Shown: piece after piece, positions 40,990 to 55,437 of the stretch
Layout: each line of letters begins with the position of its first letter
How positions within the stretch are numbered: the stretch's first letter is position 1
From: the human T2T-CHM13v2.0 reference genome, Homo sapiens
Direction: 5' to 3' (one strand)
Assembly (NCBI RefSeq): GCF_009914755.1
Contig: NC_060937.1
DNA: 64,000 bases
The notes under the pieces: model-generated
The model's input: the letters and a program-made list of their open reading frames with translations, nothing else
Databases searched by the model: none
Told to the model about the DNA's origin: nothing
Position numbers and translations under genes: made by a program

Positions 40990-42011
40990 TGATTAATTTC
41001 TTGAAATTAGTAATACTTGAAATATTAGTAATTTCTTGAAATTAGTCATATTTGAAATATTAGTAATTTCTTGAAATTAGTCATATTTGAAATACTAGTA
41101 ATTTCTTGAAATTAGTCATATTTGAAATACTAGTAATTTCTTGAAATTAGTCATATTTGAAATACTAGTAATTTCTTGAAATTAGTCATACTTGAAATAC
41201 TAGTAATTTCTTGAAATTAGTCATACTTGAAATACTAGTAATTTCTTGAAATTAGTCATACTTGAAATACTAGTAATTTCTTGAAATTAGTCACACTTGA
41301 AATATTAGTAATTTCTTGAAATTAGTCATACTTGAAATATTAGTAATTTCTTGAAATTAGTCATACTTGAAATATTAGTAATTTCTTGAAATTAGTCATA
41401 CTTGAAATATTAGTAATTTCTTGAAATTATTCATATTTGAAATATTAGTAATTTCTTGAAATTAGTCATATTTGAAATAGTAATTTCTTGAAATTAGTCA
41501 TATTTGAAATATTAGTAATTTCTTGAAATTAGTCATATTTGAAATATTAGTAATATCTTGAAATTAGTCATATTTGAAATATTAGTAATTTCTTGAAATT
41601 AGTCATATTTGAAATATTAGTAATTTCTTGAAATTAGTCATACTTGAAATATTAGTAATTTCTTGAAATTAGTCATACTTGAAATATTAGTAATTTCTTG
41701 AAATTAGTCATACTTGAAATATTAGTAATTTCTTGAAATTAGTCATATTTGAAATATTAGTAATTTCTTGAAATTAGTCATATTTGAAATATTAGTAATT
41801 TCTTGAAATTAGTCATACTTGAAATACTAGTAATTTCTTGAAATTAGTCATGCTTGAAATATTAGTAATTTCTTGAAATTAGTCATATTTGAAATATTAG
41901 TAATTTCTTGAAATTAGTCATATTTGAAATATTAGTAATTTCTTGAAATTAGTCATACTTGAAATATTAGTAATTTCTTGAAATTAGTCATATTTGAAAT
42001 ACTAGTAAACA
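40990..42011. repeat. 35-bp minisatellite, about 29 copies
   Basis: Unit YTTGAAATAYTAGTAATTTCTTGAAATTAGTCATA, near-perfect, two main C/T variant positions. Confidence 0.98.
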
Positions 42012-44764
42012 GGCCTTTGCCAAATTAGCAAAATGTTTTTTTTTTTTGGTATGCTTTGTTTTAAATCTGTTCTTACCTACAATGTCCGTTTGGTCAAAAG
42101 CCTTCAAATGCAGGAATTACAATGAGGTTTTGCAATGAAAAGATTAGAAGGTACCTGCTCAGATAAAGTATTGCATATGATTTAGTTTTCAAAAAAGCGG
42201 GTATTTAATTCTATTATACACAAAGATTTCTTCCTGATCCACAGCTCGTTAGCTGTGACTATAAGAATGCCACCTAACTTCCTTTAGGTTTCAGTGATTC
42301 CTGCATATACAATAAAAAATCAAATTAAATCTCTAAGTGTTTTCAGGTTAAAAAATAATATAACATTATGTAAAATCTCCTGAGGTTTCTTCTAGCTCTG
42401 GGGTCTATGATTCTGCTGTTTATCAGAACAATGACATATAAACAACTGTAATCCTTTACTCCAAAAAAATACCTTTCGTATTGTAAAGGAGAAAGGATTT
42501 CTAAGCCTTAAGGTTATTTTGAGTTTTCAAGGCTGTACGATTGACCAACTAGTGTTTCTAACATGTTGCCACCTTCTTTTTTCTCCTCCCCATTTGTGCT
42601 CTTGCTTTCCTGTGTGTTCTTTCCTACTTATTTAAAATTCCAACAATGGTTACTCTTAATCTCCTTGTCAGAGGCTAAACAAATAATGCCAGTGGGTATC
42701 TGTGTTGGGTGGGCCATCAGGGGTCAGTGAGAAGATTTCTTGTGTGTAAAAATTTAAAATTTCTCTTGGATAAAGGCCTGTATTACTTCCACAATTCACC
42801 ACAACTCTGCCATCGGGATTGCCAGCATAGAGTAATTGATAACAGAACAGCTATACTGTAGAGTGACTTATCTTTATGAAAATAAACCACAGTCACAATT
42901 TGAAACGTAAATGAAAGAGATGAATGGGCCAGAAGAGGAAGGCATTATATAAATCACCCTAACTCACTCATTCATTTCCTGTTGCCATGATTGGTGAATG
43001 ACATTCGATATTTTAGGCTTTCAGTGATCAATAAGGGACAGTTTATTAGAAGTGTTGAGCAAGTTTATTATTGGTCCTGGTCAGTTTACTTAAGGTTCTG
43101 TAAGTCTTATTTCATTTAAGGAGGCAAAAAGAAGAGTGCAGAAGGCTGCCTCTGGGAAGGAATCGTTTTTATTTGCTTTGTGTGGCCAAATCCCTTTCTC
43201 ACTCAATGCTCCCATTTCAACGACTGAAAGATGGGAATGAGGATCCCAGGGGATGATGTAAGATTATTTGAAAAGTGCATTGTGCTATTCAGATCCATGT
43301 TGCTACATAAGAAGGAAATATTTTAATTAATAATAAATAAATCACTCTGAATTTCTTGGCAAAGAGAGATATTATTTTGAAGATGAATTTGAGAATTAAG
43401 TACTTAATGAGGAGTCACCTTATGTATATACATGAATATATGGGGTATGTTCATCAGTTTGAAGTTTAAGCAAAATTGAAAAGCTAGAACAGTAGTTTAT
43501 TGTTAAGAAGTAACTTGAACAACTCTTTTAATTCAATGTGTCATTTGAGTTGTTAAATAGCCATAGCTTATTTTGAAATACAAATTAATTATCTATTACA
43601 AGCATGCTATTGCTTATCTCCTTCAAAGTCTCATTAGTATGCAAATGACTCTAATTAGGTCACTGTCAGACAATATTAGTGCAGAGTCAGTTTCCATGGT
43701 TTACAATGAAAGGGTTTGGTTCCTAAATATTTATAAAACTGCTTTGGGAATCAGCTTTACTTAATTGGGATTATTCTGGAAGTCTTATTGGTTCGGAGGA
43801 AATAATCTCACACAACAAAGAAGAAATCATTTTTAAAAGACACCAATTTTTAATTGACACACATAAGATTATAATATTAGAGAATATTCATATTTGTAAT
43901 ATTAAATATATTTTAAATTCTTAAACCACTAAGAAAGCTTTCTCTATATTTTTATCTTTTTTTTAAATGTATCACCACCATGAGAACCAAGGGTTGATAT
44001 AACCGAAACATGTACTTTTTAAAAAGTTTGATTAATTAGAATTAATTTTTCATGAAACAATAGAATTAATATTAGCAGATAATTAATAAAACAGAATGCA
44101 CACAGCTGCATTACTATCAGTTCCATGCAGGGATTTTTATTAAGCTTAAAAGGTTCTCTTCTCATATGCCCACTTTTGTGATCTAATCATATCATATATA
44201 TTTTTTTTAATTTAAACAGACTTTGCAAGCTTTCTTATATCATTCAAACTGTCTGACATTCTCTTTACTCTTGAACATAGTGTAAATCTAAAGCAATAAT
44301 TTGGATAATGACTAGTAATAAGGGAAAAATAAATATTGTCACACACTTCCTGGCCATTTGATATCTCCCCTCTTGAATGATTGTGTTAATGTACTGCAAT
44401 AACAGCAGCCTGTGTTCAATATAAAAAGAGAAGTTATATGAAGGAGTCGAAGTTCAAGGAGAACAACAGAATAACAAAAGAAAAAAAGAATACTGGGGTT
44501 ACAGAAGTTACGTGTGGGAAGATAATGGTTTCCAGAATTAAAGATATGCAAGAAACCCAGGAGAGGTCGAGTTAAAAGGCAAAGTAATGAATAGTGAATA
44601 CAAAAAGGGAAATTTGGGAGAAGAGGGCTAAAAAGCAAAAAGTAAAATACAGACATTTGAAGAAATAACAAATAATTTGGGGAAAGAGTATGACTGATAA
44701 ATTTCCACTGGAGACGGTGGAGAAACTTGTATGCCAGCCACGGTGCTAAGCATGGCCACAACCA

Positions 44765-45150
44765 GTATCCTTACAACACCCTTCGTGAGTATACATGATT
44801 TCTCTTTCACAAATAAGAGGACCAAAACATAGAAAAATTAAATCACTTGTTCTGGCAAGTGGCAGAACTGAGATTGGGCCTAGTTCTTTTTCTTTTAGAA
44901 ATACATGCCATTTTATGATTTATTTATTTTGTAGATTTGTGTCTGGGAGGCCCTAGGACACTGAGATTAAGAGCATATACTCTGAAGTTAAATAATCAGG
45001 CATTCACACTGGTTAGCACTGCAATATTGGGCATGTCCTAATATTTATCTAAGACTTGGTTTCTTCATTTGGGGCTTGTGAGGATTAAAGAAGTTATAGT
45101 CTGCATAGAGTTAATACGTAATTTCTGGACATAGAAAGCACTAAAACATG
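44765..45150. mobile_element. Two MIR fragments in opposite orientation
   Basis: Minus-type at about 44765-44890 (AAGTGGCAGAACTGAGATT), plus-type at about 44960-45150 (TTGTGAGGATTAAA). Confidence 0.6.
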
Positions 45151-47659
45151 ATATAATTATATATTTAAACGTTATCGTCTAATTATATAGAGCTTAGCAA
45201 CAACTCGTAAATGTAACTCAATCTTGTGTTTCTCAAATTTTTCCTTTTAAGCAAAGCTGCATCAAGTGACCCTGTCAATTGCTAGAATAATCCTGCAACC
45301 CTCCACACTACAGTATTCAGCTTTTTCTCCAAGTAGTACACTAACTTCTAAGGAATTCTATTTTAACAAATTACAATTTTTAAATTACTAGATTTTCAGA
45401 TTTCCACATTGCTTTTATTCAGTATTTTGCTACTAATTTTCAGATAGCAGAGGAATTTGGTACTTGGCTATTGAGTGGATGGATGGGGAGTCGCTAAGGA
45501 TTGTGTTGTTATGACATAGTATTAAGTTGTTATGACAAATTATTTTTAATGTTACTCAAATATAGTAAAGCACAAAAATCACATAGAAATGACTTCCATT
45601 TATAAATCTAAATAGATGTCAAAATACAACTTAATCATTAGTAAAATTATAAATCCAATAAATTTCTAATGATAATATTACATCATGAAATTAATTAATA
45701 TAATTCTTTTTGTTTGATAAACTAAGTTGACATTCATGTTGCTCTTGTCTTTTTGGAATTCACCATGTGTATTCTACTGTGTGCTCATTACATCTGCCAT
45801 CTTCCTTTATTTGATTTGACTACTATGCAAAAGATGGCAGTCTTTCCTTCATGTAAATAAAACATTCCTATGTTAAGCCAACATTATTTTTGTTTTATTA
45901 GCCAATTATAATTTAAAATAATACTAATGTGGCAAAGATGAATAATAAAATTTTGAGATTGATTTAGATAAAAAATTTTGAGATCGATTTAGATTTAGAT
46001 ATCTGCATCATCAGAATGTACTTATATTCTATCTTTCATAAATTATCTTCAAAGTATATAGCACCTATTTAAATATTTGTATTTCTTCATTGTGGCATAC
46101 TAGATATGCTAAAAATTGTTCTCTGAAAATCTCTAAAACTTTTCAGTAGATTCTTTACTGCACTTCCAAAAGAATAAGAAAGACAGATAGCCCAAAACTT
46201 AAGAGTGAGCGGGAAACCAGTGTTCAGTCACAGAAGCCACTTGCTCTGTGGAGTTATGCAACAAGCACAAATCTAAATGCTCAGATATTAATATAAGTGT
46301 GGGAGTCAGGAAACAGAACTTTAGGCGCAAACATGGTGGAAAGCAAAAAGTTGGCCCTTTCAAGGTGCTATAGCCCTGAAGAGAAAGGAGCAGAAAAAAA
46401 TAGGATTTTCATTACAAAGGGAGCTTTTATCTAGGATCTAAGAAGGGAAAATGAACACTGCACAGATAATGTATACTACAATTTTTCTCACTACGTTTCT
46501 CTCAAACAGGTTTAGAATTTGTATTTCTACTATATATGTTACTGCATTGATCAAGGAAATGCCAGAGTTAAGAAATTAAGATAACATGACCCAAAGTTGA
46601 AATTTCCCCGGGGGATTAGTAGAAGCAAATTCAAGTCTCTTCTGGAAAGCATAAGATATGATTCGTTTGATGTTGATCTTTAGTGAGTCAATGTAGTATC
46701 AATATCAATCAATTATCAATAACTGGTCATATATTTAGAAAAGGTAAAACTGGATCTCTACACCATGTCAGAAATTAATTTGAGATAATTTAAAAGATTT
46801 ACACATACAAAAATTTAAAAATTAAAAAAATTCTATTGAAATGTGGTGTTTGTCAGTGTTTCTCTATTTTAACCTTCTGTGCTTTTTCTCTGTATGGCAG
46901 AGGGTAGAAGTCTCAAAATGTTATTTCCTAGATTTTAGGAGCAGCAAGTTTTTATTTTCTCTTTATTGTGTCTCTTTCTTCAATGGCAGTAGCCAAGGTT
47001 GAGTAATCTCAGCAGATGCATGGCGTCCCAGCCTCTGCTTCAGTGAAGGATACGTTTGCACCAAGAGGCAGCAATTCCCTGGGCTTCTAACTTTGAAAAT
47101 CTGCAGTTGCAGTAGCTTCAGCACTAAAGCAGTAATGTTCTGTGGGTTCTGGGTAAAACCTATTGTCTGCTTTTACTTCATTTTTCCAACATTTTGTAAG
47201 GAATTTACTGCATTGCCTTCCCTTGGCCCTACTTAGAGGATTTCTGTTTTCTTGACACACTATTAATTGATGAAAGAAAAATATACTCAGGTTCTTAGAT
47301 ATGCTTAAAAATGTGAAGTCTGGAGTAATCATAAAATCATAAACATTACATTTATGGTAGCGATGACTTCTGGCATGAGGAGGAAGAAAGAAATAGAGCC
47401 AGGCAATGCAGTCATCTGGTAACTGCTGTTCTGTTGACCATGCTTGATTACTTAATCCAGAGTGTAGGTGCAAGGGCAATTTTTAAATATAAGATTTTAA
47501 ATATTTCTGACGGTCTAAAATGAACAAAATAATATATATTATGTGTTTTACATAATATATAAGAATATACAAGGATGCTCCTTCAAGCCACAAGAGTCAG
47601 TGTTCTCTCGTTTGAGAAACAGATGGAAAATCATTTGACCATGTCCTTGGGTCAGCTCT

Positions 47660-49585
47660 TCTTCCAGCCTTGCTCCTTGGTGCTCTCCTCAACAGCATAG
47701 TCAGAAGGATATTGCTAATGTGTAAGTAAAATGGTATCATTCTTCTGCTCACAACCCATCAATGGCTCCCATCTCATTCATAGGAAAACCCCAAATCCCT
47801 ACTATGGTAAGATGCTGCATAAACTGGCTTCCCATTACTGTCTATTCTTGCTGCTTGCTGTTTTCTTGGTCTGAAATGTTCCTGCTAGCTCTGAGAGGCT
47901 TTTCATGGTTATCAGTTACTCTCATACTTCCATTGCAATATATATATACAGATATATATGTAATATATTCACATATTGTATATACACATATATAATTTAT
48001 TCACATATTATATATACACACATATATACACATATATAATATGTACACACATTATATATACACACATGTAATATATACACACATATACACACATATGCAA
48101 TATATACACATATATACACATGCAATATATACACATATTATATATATACATGTATAATGTATACACATATATACACATATGTAATATATACACATATTAT
48201 ATACACATATAAATAATATATACACATATATACACACATATATACATAAACCTATCTTACATACATTATATTATATATTATATACATAAACATCTATTAC
48301 ATCTATTATATGTATATATAATAGATGTAATAATTATATATTATATGTATATATTATATATCATATACTTTATAATAGATAATATATACTGTATATGTAT
48401 ATAATATATGTACATATATTAAGTACATACATTATATACATGTGTAAATATAATGTAATATGTGTATATAATATGTACATATGTAATATATGTACATATA
48501 TACACATGTAATATATCTATATATGTTATATATAATGTAATATATCTATATATAATATATATTATATATAGATATGTATTATATATTATATATACATATA
48601 TGTGCACATCTTATATATACATATATAATATATACATATAATATATATGCATATATTCATATATTATATAATATGTACACATATAATACATACATATATG
48701 CATATATACATATATACATATATGTTATCCATAATGCAACTGAAATATATAATATAACATAGTAACATATAATAGATAAGAAAAATATACATATTATTAT
48801 ATATAATATATTAAGTACTTATATACATTTGTATATAATATAATTATAAATTTGTATATAATATATACATATGTAATATATGCATATATATACACGTAAT
48901 ATATTTATATATAATATATATTATATGTAGATATGTATTATATGTACATATATAAGATGTGTGCATATTATATATGCATGTATATTATATACATATATTA
49001 TACATGCATATATTCATGTATAATATATACATATAATATGCATGCATATATTCATGTATAATATATACATATATTCACGTATAATATATGTATATATTAT
49101 ATTCATGTATAATATATGCATATATTCATGTATTATATATATTCATGTATAATATATGCCTATATTATATTCATGTATAATATATGCATATATTCATGTA
49201 TAATATATGCATATATTCATGTATAATATATACATATATAGGCATATATTCATATATAATATATAATATATACATATATAGGCATATATTCATATATAAT
49301 ATATAATATATACATATGTGTACATACATATATATGTCATATATAATGCAACTGAAATACATGACATAATAATATATATAATACAAGAAAAATATACATA
49401 TTATTATATATATAATTCCTTTTCACTACTGAGTATTATTCAACATGCTATCTATTTTACTTCTTTTCATGATTACTTGTTTGTTCACAAGACCATACAG
49501 TAGAGAAAGAAAATAATTTTGGCAGGGAACATTGCTTGGCAACAGTAAGCATTTAATAAATATTTGTTGAATGAACAAGTGAATA
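47660..49585 (+). mobile_element. L2 3' fragment split by an AT-rich expansion
   Basis: L2 blocks CTTCTGCTCACAACCCATCAATGGCTCCCATCTCA at left; L2 tail AATAAATATTTGTTGAATGAA at about 49555. Confidence 0.7.
47938..49415. repeat. 1.5-kb (TA/CA)-rich low-complexity tract
   Basis: Direct reading; internal sub-arrays such as GCATATATTCATGTATAATATAT. Confidence 0.95.
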
Positions 49586-52500
49586 TCATATCTTCCCACT
49601 GTAGTCAGGATCTATTGCTGTCAAGTTTTTGCTTTATTTTTTGCCAATAATGGATTATATATTTAAAAGAATATTGGAAGAAAGTTTGAAAAAACAAGTT
49701 TAGAAAACAAAAATCAGTGAAACATGAATCTACTATATTACATGAATCTACTATGTTAAAGGTTAGGAATTGAGTTTTAATTATTTTTGTTCTTTGAACT
49801 AATTTGAATGATACTTTTTAGTCTTAAAATCAGTTTGGTAGTGTTAATTTTGTTGTATATTTATAGACGTAATCTCCATTAAATGAATTTTTAGAGAGTT
49901 TTTAATTTTTGTAACTAAATTCCTTATAGCATGTATAAAAATTATGACAAAATCAAACTCTTTGAAATCTTTTGATTGCTTTATAACTATTGAAATAGGT
50001 TTTTATATAAGTAAATGTTTCTAAAATACTTTACTAGAATATTTCAGGAAAATTACAGTTCTGAAATATTATTTTTAAGTGAGTTTTTGATGAAAAATTT
50101 TACACATGTAAAAAATAGTGCTTCATAGCCAAATGCTTTGAGTGAAGATCACTTGCAGCCAACCAGTTTTCTGATGACAAAATTAGAACATCCTATGTCA
50201 TCTCTTAATAAAGTACTATTTTGTAAGTTTTGACACATTTCTATTTCTATAAGCTATATTGTGTGCATTATGCTGATAATCACTCATGTGTTCAGTATTT
50301 GTAGTCCAATCATTCATGCTAAGTGGGATTTTTATAGAATTTTGCTATTTATTTTATTATTTTTTTCATATCAAATATAACTGAGACTACTATAACTTGA
50401 GAATGTTACAGTTGTAAGTATAAATATTTTATCATGTTTTACAGCTGAATCCACAAACATTTTACCCTTATTTTTTTGAATAGCTGTATAGGGAAATTTT
50501 CCTCAAGCTTCATACATAGCGGTATTTATTTTGTTGATGCTATTGGTAGTGATGGTGGTAATAATTGTTGGTATTACATATTTAGAATCACCCCAATAAA
50601 ATTTATAATCTTTGGAAGGCATCATTTTGGGTTATAAACAAATATTATGAAGGAAATTATGAGTCGTAATTTTACTTTTTCTTTTTCCTCTCACTGATTG
50701 TAACAAATCATAACTGTCAAGTTCTAGGTGATGAGACATTCATGCATTCTTCTTGTGTTTCTGCTGTTTGTTATAGAGTACTACTAGAAAATGAGAAAAT
50801 TAAATACCAGGTTCTAAAAAATGCGTCTTCTTTTGAAACTTAGTGATAAAGAATGAACTAAAGCCATAGCTTCTCAGTCATAAGTCTCAAGTTTAAGAAT
50901 TACCTATTCATAAACCAGGGTCTTGGGGAAATTATTATTTTTTTCACTTCAGTATTTTTTTCTGTAAAGTTCTTCCCTGGACTCTTAGGGTCCTGCAGAA
51001 GTGTCTTGGAGATGTTGGCTAGAGATTGTTAGAGGTGTGTACCACCTCTTACATACCACCAGGTTTATTTTAAATTCATTTTATAATTCCTATTTATCCC
51101 ATTCTTTAATTCTATTGTCATAGAATATACTTAAATACTATATTCAATGACAGGCAATTATGAATATAATCTCAGCTGCTAAACATATTTTTAAAAAGAA
51201 TGGAGTTATGAGTTTTTGTTTAGAGTTTGTTTGCTTGATGGTTTACTTGTCAGTGTGGTTTTGCTTCATTAATCACCTAAGGATGTAGATTAGTTAAATG
51301 GAATTTACTGTTTAAAAATGCAGAATTCATAAAAGGCAATATGAACATTAAAAACTAGGCTAAGATAAAGCCATATTGAGTTTGAGATTTTCCTACACAG
51401 CTCATAGAAACTGCAAGCAAAGCAAGTTTGAAGTTACATTTATTTGATTACTTGAAGAATCTCATTTCACTAAATCAATAAATTTTAACCACTCTTCTGT
51501 CTCAACCTCTCTGGGTGGTAGGCTGTATTGTTATCAGTAAGAGTAGAATATTATGATAGTGTTTCTGCTGTAAAAATTGGTGAAATTTGCAATTCTAATT
51601 GGTTCCATTAGATAGTATTTAAATCTTTTCTAGCTCTAAGATGCACAAATTCAAACAAGAGTCATCTTACAGCACATAATTTTTGGTCACAAAAAATAGT
51701 CATGAAATTATTTTCATAAAATTAGACAATTTTATTCATAAAATTATAACAAAAAATTGATATAAAATGAATCAAATTTAATTTCTATATAATTCCTATA
51801 TAATTTTGAGTATGAAAGAAATGAAAGAAAAACACTATACTTTTATCCTTCTTTGTTTTTTAATTCAAAGAAATATCAATCGTTTAAATAGTAATGGTGA
51901 TTTGGGCATTTCAAAGCATGTTTTCCAAAACCTCAAAGAGCCAAGTGATTATATTAGATGAGTAACATTTTGTGGAGAGATCTGAGAATAGATATTAATA
52001 AACAATGTTTTAGAGTATTGTATAGAAACTCTTAAATAGCTTTTTTCTTATAAATATTATTTTTAAATTATTCAAATATTAATGTTTATTTGAACATTAG
52101 ATTACAGATTTTTCCGTGTTTTATAGTGAAAAGATGTGCCTAAATTAATAAGAAAATACTCTCTGAAATGTTAAAATATAAAATCTTTTGCTAGTGACCA
52201 AATGATATTTTCGTCTTGGCTATCTTGGGTGGATGTGGTGTGCAGCTGGCTTAACACAGTATCACGTGCAAAATAGGTTATTGCATAGGGGTTGATTGAA
52301 TTAGGATGCTTTAAAAATGTTGGATGTATTGTCTTTAGAGCTAATGAAGCATAAATATCATAGTCCAATTCTAGGCACATAGAATGAGCTCAGTTGTTAC
52401 CTCTTAAGTGAATTAATTAATGAATAATTGAGTAAATTGTTTAATAAATGAGTATTGGAGGCTGCTTAGTGGCTTCATTCTAGACTTCGGACTCGGGAAT

Positions 52501-53819
52501 CACACTATACATGACTATCCTTCAGTTCCCGAGTCCGTAAAATGGGAATTTTCTCTATTGAGTTAATTTTTCCAGGGTACCAATGGTAAGAATTCATTTA
52601 GAAACATGTGGAATAAGGGAAGGGCAAAGACCTCTGCAAGGGGCTGTAGTGCTTATGGCAGCAGCCTGTGGCCAAGCTGAGTGACAAGCTGGACAGACTA
52701 ACAGTAAGTTCTCATTCTCAAGCGCTAGGCAGACAGCAAGCCTCTCCACAGGCTTTCGTGGATAGCAGTTAGGGCATCTGATGTAAGAGAAAGTCACAGG
52801 GCAACTGAAAAACTTCGATAACCCTTATAGGATTCCAGAGGTTCCTGATGCATTACTGAAGATGTAAAACTGGATGTAGTAACGCGATGCTAATTAACTG
52901 GTGAATTCTATGGCGTTATGGTCATGACCTTACTCAGGAAAATCCTTGTTTATATACGAATGATTTGCCTACAAAAAGCTGTGCTTGTGAGTTCACTGCA
53001 AACTAGATTCCATAATGCTCTAAAGAAAAACTCCTGTATTTTAAAGAAAATGAGCTGCATGGTAGGATCACTAGACACCCTTTTTGGTAGGATTCCAAAA
53101 GCCAGAGCTATTGATATAGAAGGCCAAATATAGATGTAAACACAAGAAGGCATGGTTAATTAAAGAAAATAAAAAGTCATTCTTTAACCTTTGATACATC
53201 TAATGGGCAAATTATTTATTTCTGAAATTATTTTGAATGTGTAAAAAGGACAAGTATAGCTAAAAACGATTAATCATTTCCACTATATGGAAAAAAACTG
53301 GACTGAATTTAAAATGTTTCGCTGGCACTTATGCATGTCTAATATGGAAAAGACTCTTGGCATGCAGGAAATATGATTTGCATTTTTCTACTGTTTATAT
53401 TGTAGTTATCAAGAAAATAGAGAATAAACGTGAATCAGAAGAAAGAAGAGAATGCTATTTTGTTTATTAATTATTGTTAGAGATTGATTCATTTATTTAT
53501 TCATAAATTTATTAATGTTCATTGGGGTCACTTATATGGATTTGAAATAAAGTTTTGTTCATTTGATTTGTTTTTGTTTCATCTTAGTATTTCAGAAATA
53601 AGTGTTCTGAAACTGTTTCTTTTTTTTTTCTTTCTCCATTCCTTTCTAGAAATGTCTTCCTATTTTTTTTTCCTCATATATATTTTTTCACAAAAAGCAG
53701 TAAGATATCTTTGGCACTTGACTGTTTTTCAGAAATTTGCTTGCCACTGGATTGCTCCTAATTTATGATATGCTGCAAACCATGTAAGCAAATAATTTAT
53801 ATTCTTATTTTTCCCCTTG

Positions 53820-53823
<4 letters not shown>

Positions 53824-53857
<34 letters not shown>

Positions 53858-53881
53858 TGCGTGCACGCACACGTGCGCACG
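53824..53881. repeat. (TG)n microsatellite with purine-pyrimidine alternating tail
   Basis: (TG)15 followed by GTGCGTGCACGCACACGTGCGCACG. Confidence 0.95.
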
Positions 53882-55437
53882 GTAAGAGTTTCACTGAAAC
53901 AAACTGGGCTTCAGTGTCTGAAATTCAACTTTCATTAAAATTCTCAATTAGGTCAATGGATCCTTGAACAGATCTTAGGATACATTTTAAATAACTTGCA
54001 TGTTTCAAAAATTATTCATAAGTATGATGGTACATTGTTTCTGAAAATATTAACAAACCTAACAGAATTATTTTTATTCCCCATTATTAAAACCTGTCAA
54101 CATGTATAGATTTTTGGGGGGCTTTTCTATTCATGTCTACCTACAATTTTTTATTCTGTAGTTTAAAATTTAATTCTATCATAAAATTTAAATAACTTTA
54201 TTTTAGTTTTTAAATTATTTTAGTAGAAGCATGCTTTTGCGCCATAAATGATTAAAACAACCTCATATTTAATATAGGAATTTTGTTACTATATATAATA
54301 CAAAATACAACTTTTGACATATAACAATCTATTATTATCAAATTATTTTCTAAAAATTAATTCTCAAGAGTTTATTTCTAATTCAAATTGCAGTGAGCAT
54401 CTATTTTTCCATTTTTATGCATTTAACTTTTATAAAACTGTTATATGAATTTATATCAGTTTCACCACTGTACATGAACCACTGTAAATAACCTTAAGAA
54501 TAATTTTCATTTTTGCTAACTTAATTGAAAATGAAGTCTTTCAAAATGCATTTTAATTTATTCTTAATTACTCATTAAGAGGAACAATTTTCCAAATATT
54601 GGCTTGGATTAAATTTAACAACAAACAAAAAGCAAAAACAAACAAAACCAACAAAACAGAGTCATCTTTCAGAGTTCTAAAACTTGTCAAATCAAGTGCA
54701 TAGACTAACGAATCTTCTATACTCTTAATACATATTATTAGCTTATCAGATACATTTAATATCACATGAAAGCCAAAGTGAGCATTGGAGTGAAAATAAA
54801 TGAGAACTAAAATGTAACAGAATTAACTCCAGGCTATTAAGAGAGAATGCAGCCATGGTTTTAACAACGGATTCAAAGTTACTAAAGGATTCAATAAGAT
54901 CTTTAAATTATCAATAATTGAATTTAATATACCCCTTCGTTGACTTTTCCTTAATATTGTCAGCTCTCTGGGTTGCTTTATCTTTGATATATTATTGTGT
55001 ACAACCTATTTTTATCCAGTTAGCTTTTCAATAGGTGGCCTTTCCAATTAACATGAAAATATTACCATCATGCTTAAGAAAAATTTCAAAAATCTAAAGC
55101 TTTATTTTGAACTATGTATGAAACACTTCAGACTATGAAGCTATTTTATGAGTCAGTGACACAACAATCAACTATGCAGTAAATTTCTTGAAATATTATT
55201 TATAAGTTATGCAGTGATAATTATAGTGACAATTAAGAGAAAGAACATAATAGCCATAAAATGACAAGGTTAATATCAGAAATAATGTAATTGATAATTC
55301 TTAATAAATTTAGAAAACTATTGGATTTATTTATTAGTATGTGTTACAAACTCAGGTGAGAGTTCAGCATTTTATGGAAGATTCATTCCTCGCTCAAAAT
55401 AATATTCTATAAGTTTGTTTAAAATTCCAAATTTTCG

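Noticed and set aside
40990-42011. CRISPR-like array (35-bp, partly palindromic repeat)
   Set aside because: Units are head-to-tail with no unique spacers, no cas genes, primate context
45946-46000. Short tandem duplications (also 49723-49758)
   Set aside because: Ordinary slippage events with no sign of function
47938-49503. Tyr/Ile-rich ORFs
   Set aside because: Low-complexity TA/CA translation
52594-53153. Short ORFs in unique sequence (also 60800-61230 and 62773-63546)
   Set aside because: No recognisable domain or consistent exon structure
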